A DNA stretch of 64,000 nt, from NCBI GenBank assembly GCA_032654565.1, contig JAULAX010000015.1, positions 64,001 to 128,000 on the forward strand, read 5' to 3'. Shown piece by piece: positions 34,701-43,864 of the stretch. Below the pieces are notes generated by a model. The model searched no databases. It saw nothing but the letters and a program-made list of their open reading frames with translations, and had not been told where the DNA came from. The position numbers were made by a program, and so were the translations under genes. The first letter of the stretch is position 1, and every line of letters begins with the position of its first letter. The stretch is from Anaeromyxobacteraceae bacterium. GTDB lineage: Bacteria; Myxococcota; Myxococcia; Myxococcales; Anaeromyxobacteraceae.

Positions 34701-36088
34701 TGCCGGCCGTCCCGGTCGGAGAGGGTGAAGGGGGCGGTGGAGCCGGGGCCGCCGTACGGGCGGGTGGTGGCCCCGGTGTCGCCCAGGGCGGCGTCGGTGA
34801 AGGTCGGGTCCTCCGAGGCGCGCCAGCCGGCGGCCGCGGGGGCGCCGAGCTGGAGGGTCACCGTGCGGAGCTGGGTCACGGCCCCCTCGGCGATGGTGAC
34901 GCTGCCCCCCTGCCGGAGCAGGGTCACGGTGGGCACCTGCCGGACCGCCCCCGCGGTCACCAGCAGGCTGCCCACCACCTGCAGGCCGTAGCCGTCGCGG
35001 CGCAGGCGCAGCTCGTAGGTGCCGGTGACCAGCCCCTCGAAGGCGAAGACGCCGTCGGCGCCGGTCACGGCGGCCCGGCCGGTCCCGGTCACCTCCACCA
35101 CCGCGCCGCTGGCGTCGCCCGGCGAGTCGGCCAGCGCCACCTGGCCGCGCAGCGCGCCGCGCTCCAGGGTCATGGCCACCGGGCTGGCGAGCGCCCGGAG
35201 CTCCCCGCCCACCAGGTTGAGGACCGGCACCGCGGCGGAGACGTAGCCGTCCTTCACCACCCGCAGCAGGTAGCTGCCCGGGGCCAGCTGGTCGAGCGTG
35301 AAGTCGCCGGTGGGGCCGGTGAGCCCGGTGGCCGAGGTGCCGTCCAGCGTCACCAGGGCGTCGGCGAGCGGGGCGGTGCTGCCGTCGAGCCGCTCGGCCA
35401 GCACCTGGCCGCTCACCGTGGCCGGGTTGGTGGCCAGGACGATCACCACCTTGGTGGCGGTCTCGCCGCGCCCCACCGCGACCTCGACCGGCGCCGAGGC
35501 CACGAAGCTGGTGCGCGAGGCCTTGAGCGCGTAGGTCCCCGGCGGCAGGGTGAGCTGGAAGTCGCCCGAGGTGGCGGTCACCGCGGTGTAGGTGAAGGCC
35601 AGCCCCCGGGCCTCGACGAGGATGCCGCCGTGGTCGGCGGTGGGGTCGGCCTCGACCGGGGCGCCCGGCGTCGCCGCCAGCTTCCCCAGCATGGCGCTGC
35701 CGGGGATGAAGGCGGCCTCGGCGCCGAGCAGCGGCTGGAGCGGGAGGGTGCCCAGGTCGGCCGCCTCGCCGGCGGAGAGCTGGAAGTCCCGGGTGGCGGT
35801 CACGTAGCCGTTGAGCGTCACCGCCACCGCGTAGGGGCTGGGCGTGAGCGAGTCGAAGGAGAAGGCGCCGGCGGCGTCGGTGCTGAAGGAGCGGAGCGGC
35901 TGGCCGTCCTGCAGCAGGTAGACGTCGATGCCGGCCTGGCTGGCGCGGCCGGCGGCCTCCACGTGGCCTGCTACCCTGGCCTTGGCCTGCAGCGGCAGCG
36001 GCGTGGCCGGGTCGAAGGGGTTGGTCGGCGTCACCTCCGAGGTGCAGGCCAGCGCGGCGGCGACGAGGAGCAGGGGGAGGCGGCGCAT
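28757..36088 (-). CDS. Giant (2443 aa) surface lipoprotein: carboxypeptidase-regulatory-like repeats, Ig-like repeats, FN3, LVIVD-like propeller region
   Basis: Lipobox ALAC; repeated GDGxKxVxARFxDxAGNxS; FN3-like SGTSYYLSVSAVDAAGN; VLDVSNP/LWDVTD/VVDVSNP repeats. Confidence 0.8.
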   Translation of the reverse strand: MRRLPLLLVAAALACTSEVTPTNPFDPATPLPLQAKARVAGHVEAAGRASQAGIDVYLLQDGQPLRSFSTDAAGAFSFDSLTPSPYAVAVTLNGYVTATRDFQLSAGEAADLGTLPLQPLLGAEAAFIPGSAMLGKLAATPGAPVEADPTADHGGILVEARGLAFTYTAVTATSGDFQLTLPPGTYALKASRTSFVASAPVEVAVGRGETATKVVIVLATNPATVSGQVLAERLDGSTAPLADALVTLDGTSATGLTGPTGDFTLDQLAPGSYLLRVVKDGYVSAAVPVLNLVGGELRALASPVAMTLERGALRGQVALADSPGDASGAVVEVTGTGRAAVTGADGVFAFEGLVTGTYELRLRRDGYGLQVVGSLLVTAGAVRQVPTVTLLRQGGSVTIAEGAVTQLRTVTLQLGAPAAAGWRASEDPTFTDAALGDTGATTRPYGGPGSTAPFTLSDRDGRHDVTVVFVDAAGATLAAAMASVVLDRLAPSAPSVTIAGGASFVRSSPVALSLGARDLPPPADPAAAVSGLWQVELADNSAFAGSVLLDYNVATTWSLSPGDGIKSVHARFIDRAGNVSTAATALVTLDTLAPADTTLAVAGPAAAAAGFTSTPLVTLALGATDANAGAGGEALSVLLSNTPGFVGARWQPFAPSLSWLLEPGDGTRNVHARFMDPAGNESAPISRTIELRSAGPTSPSVAVVDGLGGLVAVTRLAPLRVRLSAGGAPVRALVADNPGLVGAASVTLVGEVLPFTPALPVLSLSPPDGQKTVYARFADAAGNLSELATATVTYDTTPPLALPPSLTPATFVAGGTVGLTWPAAGQETVDVAGAGVVPQSGVAAPAGGTLQVSLTAGDGAKAIQVTYRDAAGNSTALAPLSITRDGTAPAAVPFVVTGRLADGLASTLLTATASVTLDLSAQLDATSGLAELQLSNDGTFASAAWQPFEAAAAAVPWVLAPGDGPRVVHARLRDRAGNLSGPVQGSITLHQAPPTGGRLAIEGGATITGKGAGSGQLVGLSIAASNAAEMLVTVDGIPGPWETYATSKQVSLGLLDGLKVVSVLFRNDARVEGAGASAAIFLDTTAPALQLLELVGTLGDGQASTSWAAGPVVVARAGWDPADAGVSRIAFLEASGPCLLPALPRWQPVAQASTLVLTGADGAKQVCAWLADEAGNVSAPRAATIALDTVAPPGPVFTDLGTGITNQPTVTGTLAVLPGGEAGIEYQCLGGQYAGTWTACTPDPTRRLVFTLARNQDNVLGVRTRDLARNASAGTVVSVTHDDVAPVPPAITGLKTTATTAGLTWTPSPSRDTVRYLVHYGTAPGDVAGVGADQGVAPVEAGAATAFQLSGLSSGTSYYLSVSAVDAAGNVSEPSGERNANPNRISPRVLSAYGAEFQSLGARADGTVRVYLAQRQGLVQLDATDPANPVLLGRAQLPGIAPLATAPLLVFGCTWQGVVGDCVYLAGSSLEADYRSEPAAYRASVTVFFFPAAPRGGVPSLGVPVASLHARAETLALAPDGLTLWAVERHQVRAYSVADPLAPVPLGEPLQFLDAAGQKVVPTRFHGAGVVPGGTGLLLGVLASPAAGDPTLYTFDVARPTVATAFPGTALRTEAGGSLTTLPNWDYYAPVPAEPVAAFFGAFHVGYVTIDRVGLTGVTQVATFDPAGLNFPRPERSLLLASGPMVSKFPPRLFAATAQDAAPAVASGDHFYLGTYDATVSPRGNLEVRRFTDAAGALQQTVQVDLAQIGNEVRALGVADAGGIDRVLASGGSSFVGNRVTHAEVKADGATAAVTLHAEFLDNSFAQGNGWVFARAISGAIDVLDVSNPTVPARVGSYAETGHRLYPKVVHGHTLYALDVLTSVFSWSLRLFDIGADGTLTSASTVPLSSTSAWVVPAGNRLFLPVSGGIQLWDVTDRTAPVLSATLPVSANSLVVRGDTLYVTTSAGALQIYGLSGTNVTMLGQTASVGIGYNLSVRGDTALLDTTVVDVSNPSAPAVETGTYGVYKAAVLQGGYLIGQSKWGTAPSATTSAPPPESGPRFYARGGGFDGAQPFAACGAGTSYYPTTLEVSGATLFAHCNQNGLVLSTPVNPAGGELASESLVNLAVPYSYGPPVAPLAGDDNLLVLGGINAGGSTFPSFWRADPGRQAAGVPPRPVFVGTAPAIPHQLAWIDGDVLAAFAGNPATLQLFDASRGTAAWGPRGSVSTGVNGQAIPALVSDTEAAYAVVDQSGASSTLVALDVRSKSAPLLAATIAGAATEKLIGLALHRRRLYAASTVTTGGTSWDARVRVWSALAPAALVELAPVTLGALHPMKTVRDVAVTGRWLFFTYDGAVGHSPYGLGVVLLGPGGDGTGATLVGTFESPLPLGNPTPTGDLLYARHNLGLATFDLAPLFRGGRFPTYLGSRRTSEALFTQNAARLLVAGPWAYLLGGDKFRVFDLR

Positions 36089-36169
36089 GTGGACTCCTGC
36101 CGGCGGGGCGGCGGGCGGGGGCGGAAGCCTCGAGCCTAGCAGGAAGGCGGGGGCGACGATCGCCCCGGG

Positions 36170-36622
36170 TCACCGGCCGAAGACCACCGACAGGCGCCGC
36201 TTCAGCTCGTCGCGGACGTCGCGGAAGGACTGGAGCTGCTGCGCCTCGCCCAGGCCGGCGCCCCCCGGGTCCGGCAGCCCCCAGTGGAGCCGCTTCGCCT
36301 TCCCGAGGAAGACCGGGCACTCCTCCTCGGCGCAGAGGGTGATGACCACCTCGACGCCGTCGGGCGGGATGGTGTCGACGCTCTTCGACCAGTGGCCGCG
36401 GAGGTCGATGCCCACCTCGTCGAGCGCCCGGATGGCGAGCGGGTTGACGTGCGAGGGCTTCGAGCCGGCCGAGGAGACGGTCACGCCGGGGGGCGCCAGC
36501 GAGCGGGCGATCCCCTCGGCCATCTGGCTGCGCGCCGAGTTGGCGACGCAGAGGAAGAGCAGGTGCTTGGGAGCCAGCCGCCTCAGCTCCTCGGCCTCGG
36601 CCACCCAGGACGGCTGGTTCAC
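36170..36622 (-). CDS. arsC: Arsenate reductase, LMW-PTP/thioredoxin type
   Basis: [30 protein letters not shown]; located in the ars operon. Confidence 0.88.
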   Translation of the reverse strand: MNQPSWVAEAEELRRLAPKHLLFLCVANSARSQMAEGIARSLAPPGVTVSSAGSKPSHVNPLAIRALDEVGIDLRGHWSKSVDTIPPDGVEVVITLCAEEECPVFLGKAKRLHWGLPDPGGAGLGEAQQLQSFRDVRDELKRRLSVVFGR

Positions 36623-37743
36623 GGCTTCACCTCGGTGGTGGCGGGGAAGGCCCCGGCGCAGTTCTGGAGCGCCTCCAGGCGGGCGGTCTCGCCCGGGAAC
36701 CAGCGGTCGCGCAGCCGCAGCGAGACGTTGACCAGGCCGATCAGCACCGGCACCTCCACCAGCGGCCCGATGACCGCGGCGAAGGCGGCGCCGTGGTGCA
36801 TGCCGAAGGTGGCCACCGCCACCGCGATGGCCAGCTCGAAGTTGTTGGACGAGGCGGTGAAGGAGAGCGTGGCGGTCTGGCCGTAGCTGGCCCCCAGCCT
36901 GCGGCTCATGAAGAAGGAGACGAAGAACATCACCACGAAGTAGATGAGCAGCGGGATGGCGATGCGGACCACGTCGAGGGGGAGCTGCACGATGGTCTCG
37001 CCCTTCAAGGAGAACATCACCACGATGGTGAAGAGCAGGGCGATGAGCGTGATGGGCGAGATGCGGGGGATGAAGACGGTGCGGTACCAGACCTCCCCCT
37101 TCCAGGCGGCCAGGCCGAAGCGGCTGGCCACCCCGGCGATGAAGGGGATGCCGAGGTAGATGAAGACGCTCCTGGCGATCTCGCCGATGGTGATGTGCAC
37201 CTCGGCGCCCTGCAGCCCGAGCCAGCCCGGCAGCACGGTGATGAAGACCCAGGCGTAGACCGAGAAGAAGAGCACCTGGAAGAAGGAGTTGAAGGCCACC
37301 AGCCCGGCGCAGTACTCGGTGTCGCCGCCGGCCAGGTCGTTCCAGACGATCACCATGGCGATGCAGCGGGCCAGGCCGATCATGATCAGCCCGACCATGT
37401 ACTCCGGCCTGTCGCGCAGGAAGACCACCGCCAGCAGGAACATCAGCAGCGGCCCGACGATCCAGTTCTGCACCAGCGAGAGGGTGAGGATGCGCACGTC
37501 CTTCAGGACCCGCGGCAGCTGCTCGTAGCGGACCTTGGCCAGCGGCGGGTACATCATCAGCACCAGCCCCACGGCGATGGGGAGCGAGGTGGTCCCGACC
37601 GACATCCGGTCCAGCATGGGGACCACCCCCGGCCAGAGGAAGCCGAGCCCGACGCCGGCCCCCATGGCGGCGAAGATCCAGAGGGTCAGGTAGCGGTCGA
37701 GGAAGGAGAGGCGTCCGGCGACGCCGGCGGCGGGGGTGGTCAC
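36619..37743 (-). CDS. acr3: ACR3-family arsenite efflux transporter
   Basis: [47 protein letters not shown]. Confidence 0.95.
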   Translation of the reverse strand: MTTPAAGVAGRLSFLDRYLTLWIFAAMGAGVGLGFLWPGVVPMLDRMSVGTTSLPIAVGLVLMMYPPLAKVRYEQLPRVLKDVRILTLSLVQNWIVGPLLMFLLAVVFLRDRPEYMVGLIMIGLARCIAMVIVWNDLAGGDTEYCAGLVAFNSFFQVLFFSVYAWVFITVLPGWLGLQGAEVHITIGEIARSVFIYLGIPFIAGVASRFGLAAWKGEVWYRTVFIPRISPITLIALLFTIVVMFSLKGETIVQLPLDVVRIAIPLLIYFVVMFFVSFFMSRRLGASYGQTATLSFTASSNNFELAIAVAVATFGMHHGAAFAAVIGPLVEVPVLIGLVNVSLRLRDRWFPGETARLEALQNCAGAFPATTEVKP

Positions 37744-37752
37744 GGGTGGCTC

Positions 37753-38103
37753 CTAGAGGCTGCCGATGAGCGCCTTCAAGCGGCGCAGGGCGCGGGGTTC
37801 GACGCAGTAGCAGACGCGCGGGCCGTCGATGTCGCCGCGGATCAGGCCGGCCTGCTTGAGCACCTTGAGGTGCTGGGAGACGGTGGACTGGGCCAGCGGC
37901 AGCTCGTCGACGATGTCACCGCAGACGCAGGCTTCGCGGCGCACCAGCAGGCGCATGATCTGGACCCGGGCGGGGTGGCCGAGCGCCTTGGCGAGCAGCG
38001 CCAGCTCGTCGTCGGCCTCGGCGCCTTCCACGGGGCGCGGGTCCGGACCGGCGTGGGCCGCGGGGGGCGGTGCGCAGCGAACGGTGCTTCGCGGAGAGGA
38101 CAT
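37753..38103 (-). CDS. arsR: ArsR/SmtB metalloregulator
   Basis: [31 protein letters not shown]. Confidence 0.9.
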   Translation of the reverse strand: MSSPRSTVRCAPPPAAHAGPDPRPVEGAEADDELALLAKALGHPARVQIMRLLVRREACVCGDIVDELPLAQSTVSQHLKVLKQAGLIRGDIDGPRVCYCVEPRALRRLKALIGSL

Positions 38104-38207
38104 TCATCGTCTTATAACGATGGCATCATCGACCAGGCAAGCCCCCTCGCAGCATCCCGATCCTGGTAAGCGCTTGCTGACGATGTTGGGCGCCCTGCCC
38201 CGCGCCC

Positions 38208-39461
38208 CTATTCCCGGTCGCGGCGCCGGTGCACCGGCCAGCGCTCCGCCTCGGTCCGGTCGGAGAGGTCGGCCGGGGCCACGGTCCGTTCGCCGTACTT
38301 GTCGGCCAGCTTGTCGAGCGCGGCGTGGAGCCGCTGCCGCCGCGGGTCGGCGGCCGGCGCCCCCCCCGGCCCGCCCCCGGCCAGTCCCCCGAAGAGGTCG
38401 AGCTGGTCGGCCGGCGGCTCGGCCGCGTCGTCGAACCCGGACACGGTGACCCCGGCCAGCCGGACCGGCCGCCCCGCCTCGACGCGGGCCAGCAGGTTAC
38501 GAGCGGTCCGGTAGATGAGCCGGTCGTCGTCGGTGGGCGCCCCCAGCGTCACCCGGCGGGTCACCTGCGTGAAGTCGGCGTACTTCACCTTGAGCGTCAC
38601 GGTCCGCCCGCGCAGCCCGGCCGCCCGGAGCCGCCGCCCCACCCGCGAGGCCTGCAGCAGCAGCACCCGGGCCAGCGCCACCTCGCCCACCAGGTCGGCC
38701 TCGAAGGTCTCCTCGCCGCCGACGCTCCTGGCCGCCTCGTCCGGCACCACCTCGCGCTGGTCCTCGCCGCGGGCCAGCGCCCGCAGCCCCCGGGCCCGGT
38801 CGGCGCCGAGCGCCGCGCCCACCGCCGACTCCGGCAGCCGCACCAGGTCGCCGATGGTGCTGACCCCGATCTTCCGCAGCGCCGCCTCGGTGACGCCGCC
38901 CACGCCCCAGAGCTTCCCGATGGGCAGCGGGGCCAGGAAGGCGGCCACCCCGCCCGCCGGCACCACCGTGAGGCCGTCCGGCTTGCCGAGGTCGGTGGCG
39001 ATCTTGGCCGCCAGCTTCACCTCGGCCACGCCGGCCGAGACGGTCAGGCCGGTCTCGGCGCGGACCTCGCGCCGGATGCGGGCGGCGATGGTGGGGCCGT
39101 CGCCGTGCAGGGCCCGGCTGGCGCCGACGTCGAGGAAGGCCTCGTCGAGCGAGAGCGGCTCGCAGAGCGGGGTGTAGCGCCGGTAGATGCCGAAGACCTG
39201 GTCGGAGAGCTCCCCGTAGCGGCCGAAGCGGGGGTGGAGGAAGACCCCCTCCGGGCAGAGCCGCCGGGCCTGACTGGTGGGCATGGCGGAGCGGACGCCG
39301 AAGCGGCGGGCCTCGTAGCTGGCGGCGCAGACCACCCCCCGGTTGGACGGACCGCCGACGATGACCGGACGGCCGCGCAGCGCCGGGTCGTCGAGCTGCT
39401 CCACCGACGCGTAGAAGGCGTCCAGGTCGAGGTGGAGGATGGTCCGGCCGGGGACGGGCAC
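38208..39461 (-). CDS. dinB: DNA polymerase IV
   Basis: HLDLDAFYASVE, AASYEAR, SLDEAFLD, KPDG. Confidence 0.94.
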   Translation of the reverse strand: MPVPGRTILHLDLDAFYASVEQLDDPALRGRPVIVGGPSNRGVVCAASYEARRFGVRSAMPTSQARRLCPEGVFLHPRFGRYGELSDQVFGIYRRYTPLCEPLSLDEAFLDVGASRALHGDGPTIAARIRREVRAETGLTVSAGVAEVKLAAKIATDLGKPDGLTVVPAGGVAAFLAPLPIGKLWGVGGVTEAALRKIGVSTIGDLVRLPESAVGAALGADRARGLRALARGEDQREVVPDEAARSVGGEETFEADLVGEVALARVLLLQASRVGRRLRAAGLRGRTVTLKVKYADFTQVTRRVTLGAPTDDDRLIYRTARNLLARVEAGRPVRLAGVTVSGFDDAAEPPADQLDLFGGLAGGGPGGAPAADPRRQRLHAALDKLADKYGERTVAPADLSDRTEAERWPVHRRRDRE

Positions 39462-39513
39462 CGCTCCACCCTACCCCGCCCCTCTGGCACCCCCCCCTTT
39501 CGGGAGATGGGGG

Positions 39514-39529
39514 CTTGACCTGCGTCAAG
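39514..39529. promoter_or_regulatory. Palindrome CTTGAC-N4-GTCAAG between divergent dinB and tetR genes
   Basis: Perfect 6-4-6 inverted repeat in a short intergenic region. Confidence 0.45.
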
Positions 39530-39550
39530 TCCGGGATTAAGCATTTACGC

Positions 39551-40195
39551 ATGGACGGATCAGTCGCCAACATGCGTCGCTTGGGTCCCCCCCGCTCCGG
39601 CATCGCCGAGCGGATCTGGAACGCCGCCCGGATCGAGTTCTCGAAGCGCGGATACCACGGCGCCCGGGTCCAGGGGATCGCGCGCGGCGCCGCCTGCAAC
39701 GTGGCGCTCATCTACCGCCACTGGTCCTCCAAGAAGGCGCTCTACCTCGACATCCTCCGCAGCGTCTGGCTGGAGGCGGCCGCCGAGATCGCCGAGGTGG
39801 TCGAGCACGGTCCGGGCGGCGCCGCCGCGGTGGTCGAGGCCTACCTCGACGCCATGATGAAGGACCAGATGGGCGCGCAGCTGCTCATCCGCGAGTACCT
39901 CGACGGCGCCCCGCACCTGGCCCAGCTGGCCGGCGACGACCCGTCGCTGCTCGAGCCGGTCCGCCGCGCCGCCGCGGCCATCGCCCTGGCCGACGGCCGC
40001 GACTCGGCCATCGACCCGGTGCTGGCGGTGGTGACGGTGGGCGGCCTGGCGGCGCTGCTGGCCTCGGCCCAGGAGGCGTCGCGGCCGTTCGTGGAGACGC
40101 CGCTGCCGCCGGAGACCTGGCGCAAGCACGTGCACGAGCTGCTGCTGCACGGCCTGGCCCCCGGCCCGCGCCGCGGGCTCGTCGCCTCGACGTAG
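39551..40195 (+). CDS. TetR/AcrR-family regulator (alternative start 39572)
   Basis: FSKRGYHGARVQGIARGAACNVALIYRHWSSKKALY HTH. Confidence 0.85.
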   Translation: MDGSVANMRRLGPPRSGIAERIWNAARIEFSKRGYHGARVQGIARGAACNVALIYRHWSSKKALYLDILRSVWLEAAAEIAEVVEHGPGGAAAVVEAYLDAMMKDQMGAQLLIREYLDGAPHLAQLAGDDPSLLEPVRRAAAAIALADGRDSAIDPVLAVVTVGGLAALLASAQEASRPFVETPLPPETWRKHVHELLLHGLAPGPRRGLVAST

Positions 40196-40230
40196 CGCCG
40201 CCCCCCTCCGCCGTCCTACGCTGCGCGGCC

Positions 40231-41340
40231 ATGAAGGCCGACGTGGTGGTGATCGGGGCGGGCGTGCAGGGCTGCGCGGTGGCGTGGCGGCTGGCCCGCG
40301 CCGGGCGGAGCGTGCTGGTGCTGGAGCGGTCCATCCCCGGCGCCGAGGCCTCCAGCGCCGCCGGCGGCATCCTCTCCCCCGGCGTCGAGGCGCTCGAGCC
40401 CGGCCCCTTCTACGCGCTGGGGCGCGCCTCGCTGGCCCGCTACCCCGGCTTCATCGCGGCGCTGGAGGCGGAGAGCGGGCTCACCGTGGGCCACCGCGGC
40501 GGCGGCACGCTGGAGGTGGCCTTCGACGACGACCACGCCCGGCTGCTGGCGGGGCGGGCCGCCAAGATCCAGTCGGCCGGCCTGCCGGTGACGGTGCTCG
40601 ACGACGCCGAGGTGCGGCGGCTCGAGCCGGGGCTGTCGCCGCAGGCGCGCGGCGCCCTCTGGTTCGAGGACGAGGGCTCGCTCGACCCCCGGGCGCTGGG
40701 GCGGGCCCTGGCCACGGCGGCGCAGCGGGCCGGGGCCGAGTTCATGACCGGGCGGGTGCTGGGGATCCGCCACCAGGGCGGGCGGGCGGTGGGGGCCGAC
40801 CACGAGCGCGGGCCCATCGAGGCCGGCGCGGTGGTGCTGGCGGCCGGCGCCTGGAGCCTGCAGGTGGACGGGCACGGGCTGCCGCCGAACGCGGTGCGCC
40901 CGGTGCGGGGCCAGATCGCCGTGGTGGCCACCACGCCGCCGCTGCTCTCGCGGGTGATCTTCTCCGGCCACGGCTACGCGGTGCCGCGCGCCGACGGCCG
41001 CATCCTGCTCGGCTCCACCATGGAGGAGGCCGGCTTCGAGAAGGCGGTCACCGCCGGCGGGCTGCGCCACGTGCTGGAGGTGGGCATCGATCTCGCCCCG
41101 GCCATCGCCCGGGCGCCGGTGGTGGAGAGCTGGTCCAACTTCCGCCCCGCCAGCCCCGACGGCGAGCCCATCCTCGGCCCCGGCGCCGTGCCCGGCCTCT
41201 TCTACGCCACCGGCCACACCCGCAACGGCATCCTGCTCTGCCCCATCACCGCCGACGCCGTGGCCGCCTGCGTGCTGGGGACGCCGCCGCCGGTGGAGCT
41301 GGCCCCGTTCTCGGCGCGGCGGTTCCTGCCGCCGGGCTGA
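40231..41340 (+). CDS. thiO: Glycine oxidase ThiO / DAO-family FAD oxidoreductase
   Basis: IGAGVQG, ASSAAGGIL, PVRGQ, GHTRNGILL. Confidence 0.78.
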   Translation: MKADVVVIGAGVQGCAVAWRLARAGRSVLVLERSIPGAEASSAAGGILSPGVEALEPGPFYALGRASLARYPGFIAALEAESGLTVGHRGGGTLEVAFDDDHARLLAGRAAKIQSAGLPVTVLDDAEVRRLEPGLSPQARGALWFEDEGSLDPRALGRALATAAQRAGAEFMTGRVLGIRHQGGRAVGADHERGPIEAGAVVLAAGAWSLQVDGHGLPPNAVRPVRGQIAVVATTPPLLSRVIFSGHGYAVPRADGRILLGSTMEEAGFEKAVTAGGLRHVLEVGIDLAPAIARAPVVESWSNFRPASPDGEPILGPGAVPGLFYATGHTRNGILLCPITADAVAACVLGTPPPVELAPFSARRFLPPG

Positions 41341-41400
41341 CCGCGGAGTGAGGGCGGCGCCGGACGGACCGGCCCGCCCTGGCCCGGCCGCGCCGCAGCG

Positions 41401-43575
41401 CTACGACTCCACCCGCAGGTACCGCCCCGCCTCCCAGTCGGCGGTGCTGGCCTTGTACCAGCGGGAGAAGCGGCTCCCCGAGGCGCCGCCGGACATCGAC
41501 ATGAACAGCTCCCGGGAGGCCAGGTCGGTCACCATCCTGAAGCTGGCGGCGAAGGAGCCCTCGCGGCCGGCGAAGCGGTAGCGCTGCGCCTGGGGGATGG
41601 TGGCCCGGCTGCCGACGTGCTCGAAGGCGTGGTCGAAGCCGAGCCAGCGTGGCAGCTTGCCGCCGAAGAAGAGGTTGTTCACCCAGAGGCGCGCCACCTC
41701 GCCGTGGCGCGGCGCCGGCCGGGCCAGCCCGCGCTCGATGGCGGTCCTGAAGAGCGCCTCCCGCGGCTGGCCGGCGAACCAGGCGGAGCGCTCGGAGAGC
41801 AGCACGGCGTCGAAGTTCCCGTGGAGCATGGGGAAGAGCACCGACTCGTCGAGCGCGAAGGCCAGCGCCCCCTCGCCCATCCCCAGCTCGCCGAAGACCA
41901 GCTCCACCAGGGCCCGGTAGACGTTCTCGAAGCGGGTGGCCCCCACCGAGCCGGCGGTGTAGCGCAGGTCCCACCCGGCCAGCTCCCGCCCCGCCGGCGT
42001 CCGTGGCAGCAGCGGCCGCAGCAGCGCCATGAACCGCTCGGCCTGCAGCGAGTAGCGGTCGTGGTGCAGCCGCTGCAGGTCCTCGACGCCGTGGGTGGGC
42101 CGCTCGTCGAGCCGCCGCCGGATCAGCTCGGCGCGGTACGGGGCCATGGGCAGGGTCATGGGCCGGACCTCGCCGAAGGCGTTGAGGTCGTTGTTGGCGG
42201 TGACGTGCACGCCGCCGGGCGGGTTGACGGCGCGCGGGTAGCGGCGCGGATCGATCGGCCCCCGCCAGGCGTCGCCCGGCTCCCAGCCGAGGTAGGGGAG
42301 CAGGCCGGAGCTGCCCGGCTTCTTCTCCGGGAAGAGGCCGCCCAGCTGGTAGCCGATGTCATGCTGGTCGGCCAGCACCCAGTTGAACGGCGAGAAGGTG
42401 AGGCCGGCGAAGAGGTCGATGGCCTCCTTCACCGAGCCGGCGCGGAAGATGCGGAAGAAGGCGTCGAGGCTCTGCGCCGCGGTCCCCGGGTACTTCTTGA
42501 TGGCCAGGGCCAGCGCCAGGTGGTGGCCGTCCTCGAGCGACTCGCCCTCGATGGTCCCGTGGTCGGTGCTGGCGACGCGGAAGCTCACCGGCGCCCCCTG
42601 CTTCCGCCGGATCACCTCCTCGCGCACCGTCACCGGCACCCAGCGGTCGCCGCGCCGCACCTGTCCGTCGCGCAGCTCCTCCACGAAGTGGTCGCTGAGA
42701 TCCATGGTGCCGTAGGTGGCGGCCCAGGCCAGGTGGCGGGTCCGGCCGATGGCCACCGCCGGCGCTCCGGCCACGCTGGCGCCGCTCAGCACCCGGTCGC
42801 CGCAGCGGAGCGTCACCTGGTACCAGACGTTGGGGAGCTGCAGGTTGAGGTGGGGATCGGCCGCCAGCAGGGCGCTGCCGGTGGCCGAGCGGCCCGGGCC
42901 GAGCACCCAGTTGTTGCTGGCCGAGAAGGAGGGGAGCAGCCGCTTCCAGCCGGCGGTGGGCGGGACGATGGGGGCCATCCCCTTGAGGCCGCGCAGCAGC
43001 TCGACCAGCGCCGGGGTGAGGGCCTCGGTGATGGGCGGGAAGAGCTCCTGGAGCCGGGCCTCGTCGAGCCCGGCCTGGACGAGCTGGATGATGAACTTCT
43101 CGGCGTCGGCCTGGGTGGAGGCGAGCCCGACGTAGCCGATCATCTTGGCCACCAGCAGCACGTCGGCGGCGGTCCAGGGCTCGGCCCGGTAGCCCACCAG
43201 CCGGAACTCCAGCGGCCGGGGGCTGGCCGCCACCGCGGCGTTGACCCCGCGGCAGTAGGCCTCCACCAGGGCCCGGGCCTCGGGCGTGAGCAGGGCCACC
43301 TCGCGCTCGGCGTCGCCGGCCAGGTCGAGCCAGCGCAGGTACTTGTCCACCTCGAGCATCTCCGGGCCGGCGTCGAGGTGCTGCGAGCCCTGGCCCCGGC
43401 CGATGATCCGGGTCACCCACATCTGCACCTGGCGGTCGAGGGCGTGCAGGTAGCCGAGGCCGAAGAACATGTCCGGCTCGGTGCCGGCGGTGACCTGCGG
43501 GTAGCCGAGCTGGTCGCGGTGGACCTGGAGCTGGCCGTCGATGGCGCGGAGGGTGAAGTCGTTCCCGTGGCTCAT
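41401..43575 (-). CDS. Penicillin acylase family Ntn-hydrolase
   Basis: RDQLGYPQV, GYLHALDR, SNNW autoproteolytic Ser, ADPHL. Confidence 0.88.
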   Translation of the reverse strand: MSHGNDFTLRAIDGQLQVHRDQLGYPQVTAGTEPDMFFGLGYLHALDRQVQMWVTRIIGRGQGSQHLDAGPEMLEVDKYLRWLDLAGDAEREVALLTPEARALVEAYCRGVNAAVAASPRPLEFRLVGYRAEPWTAADVLLVAKMIGYVGLASTQADAEKFIIQLVQAGLDEARLQELFPPITEALTPALVELLRGLKGMAPIVPPTAGWKRLLPSFSASNNWVLGPGRSATGSALLAADPHLNLQLPNVWYQVTLRCGDRVLSGASVAGAPAVAIGRTRHLAWAATYGTMDLSDHFVEELRDGQVRRGDRWVPVTVREEVIRRKQGAPVSFRVASTDHGTIEGESLEDGHHLALALAIKKYPGTAAQSLDAFFRIFRAGSVKEAIDLFAGLTFSPFNWVLADQHDIGYQLGGLFPEKKPGSSGLLPYLGWEPGDAWRGPIDPRRYPRAVNPPGGVHVTANNDLNAFGEVRPMTLPMAPYRAELIRRRLDERPTHGVEDLQRLHHDRYSLQAERFMALLRPLLPRTPAGRELAGWDLRYTAGSVGATRFENVYRALVELVFGELGMGEGALAFALDESVLFPMLHGNFDAVLLSERSAWFAGQPREALFRTAIERGLARPAPRHGEVARLWVNNLFFGGKLPRWLGFDHAFEHVGSRATIPQAQRYRFAGREGSFAASFRMVTDLASRELFMSMSGGASGSRFSRWYKASTADWEAGRYLRVES

Positions 43576-43864
43576 GCGGCTCCCTCGTGGCCCGGCCCGG
43601 GGTCGCCGAGAGGACCGGGGTCGCCGCCGGGCGTGGCGGTGGGGCCGGTCGGCGCGCGCGCGGTGTCCATGCCGGCGCCGAGCTTCGCCGAGGCGGGGCG
43701 GGCTGTCCATCGGGCCGGTCCAGGCAGCCGACCTGGGCCAGTTTTCCCCTGACCGAGGGTTCCGCCGCGCGGACCATGGTCCGCGCTTCGGCCGCCGTCG
43801 GTCCTGGTCCACCCTTGGAATTCCAGGGACTTGCGGCGGCCCCGGGCTTGCCCTGCGACGGGGG

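Noticed and set aside
36170..38103. ars operon as part of a mobile element
   Set aside because: No transposase, integrase or terminal repeats; composition similar to the host.
43572..43670. 32-aa ORF MDTARAPTGPTATPGGDPGPLGDPGPGHEGAA overlapping the acylase start
   Set aside because: Has an ATGA overlap but is low complexity with no SD or other evidence of translation.
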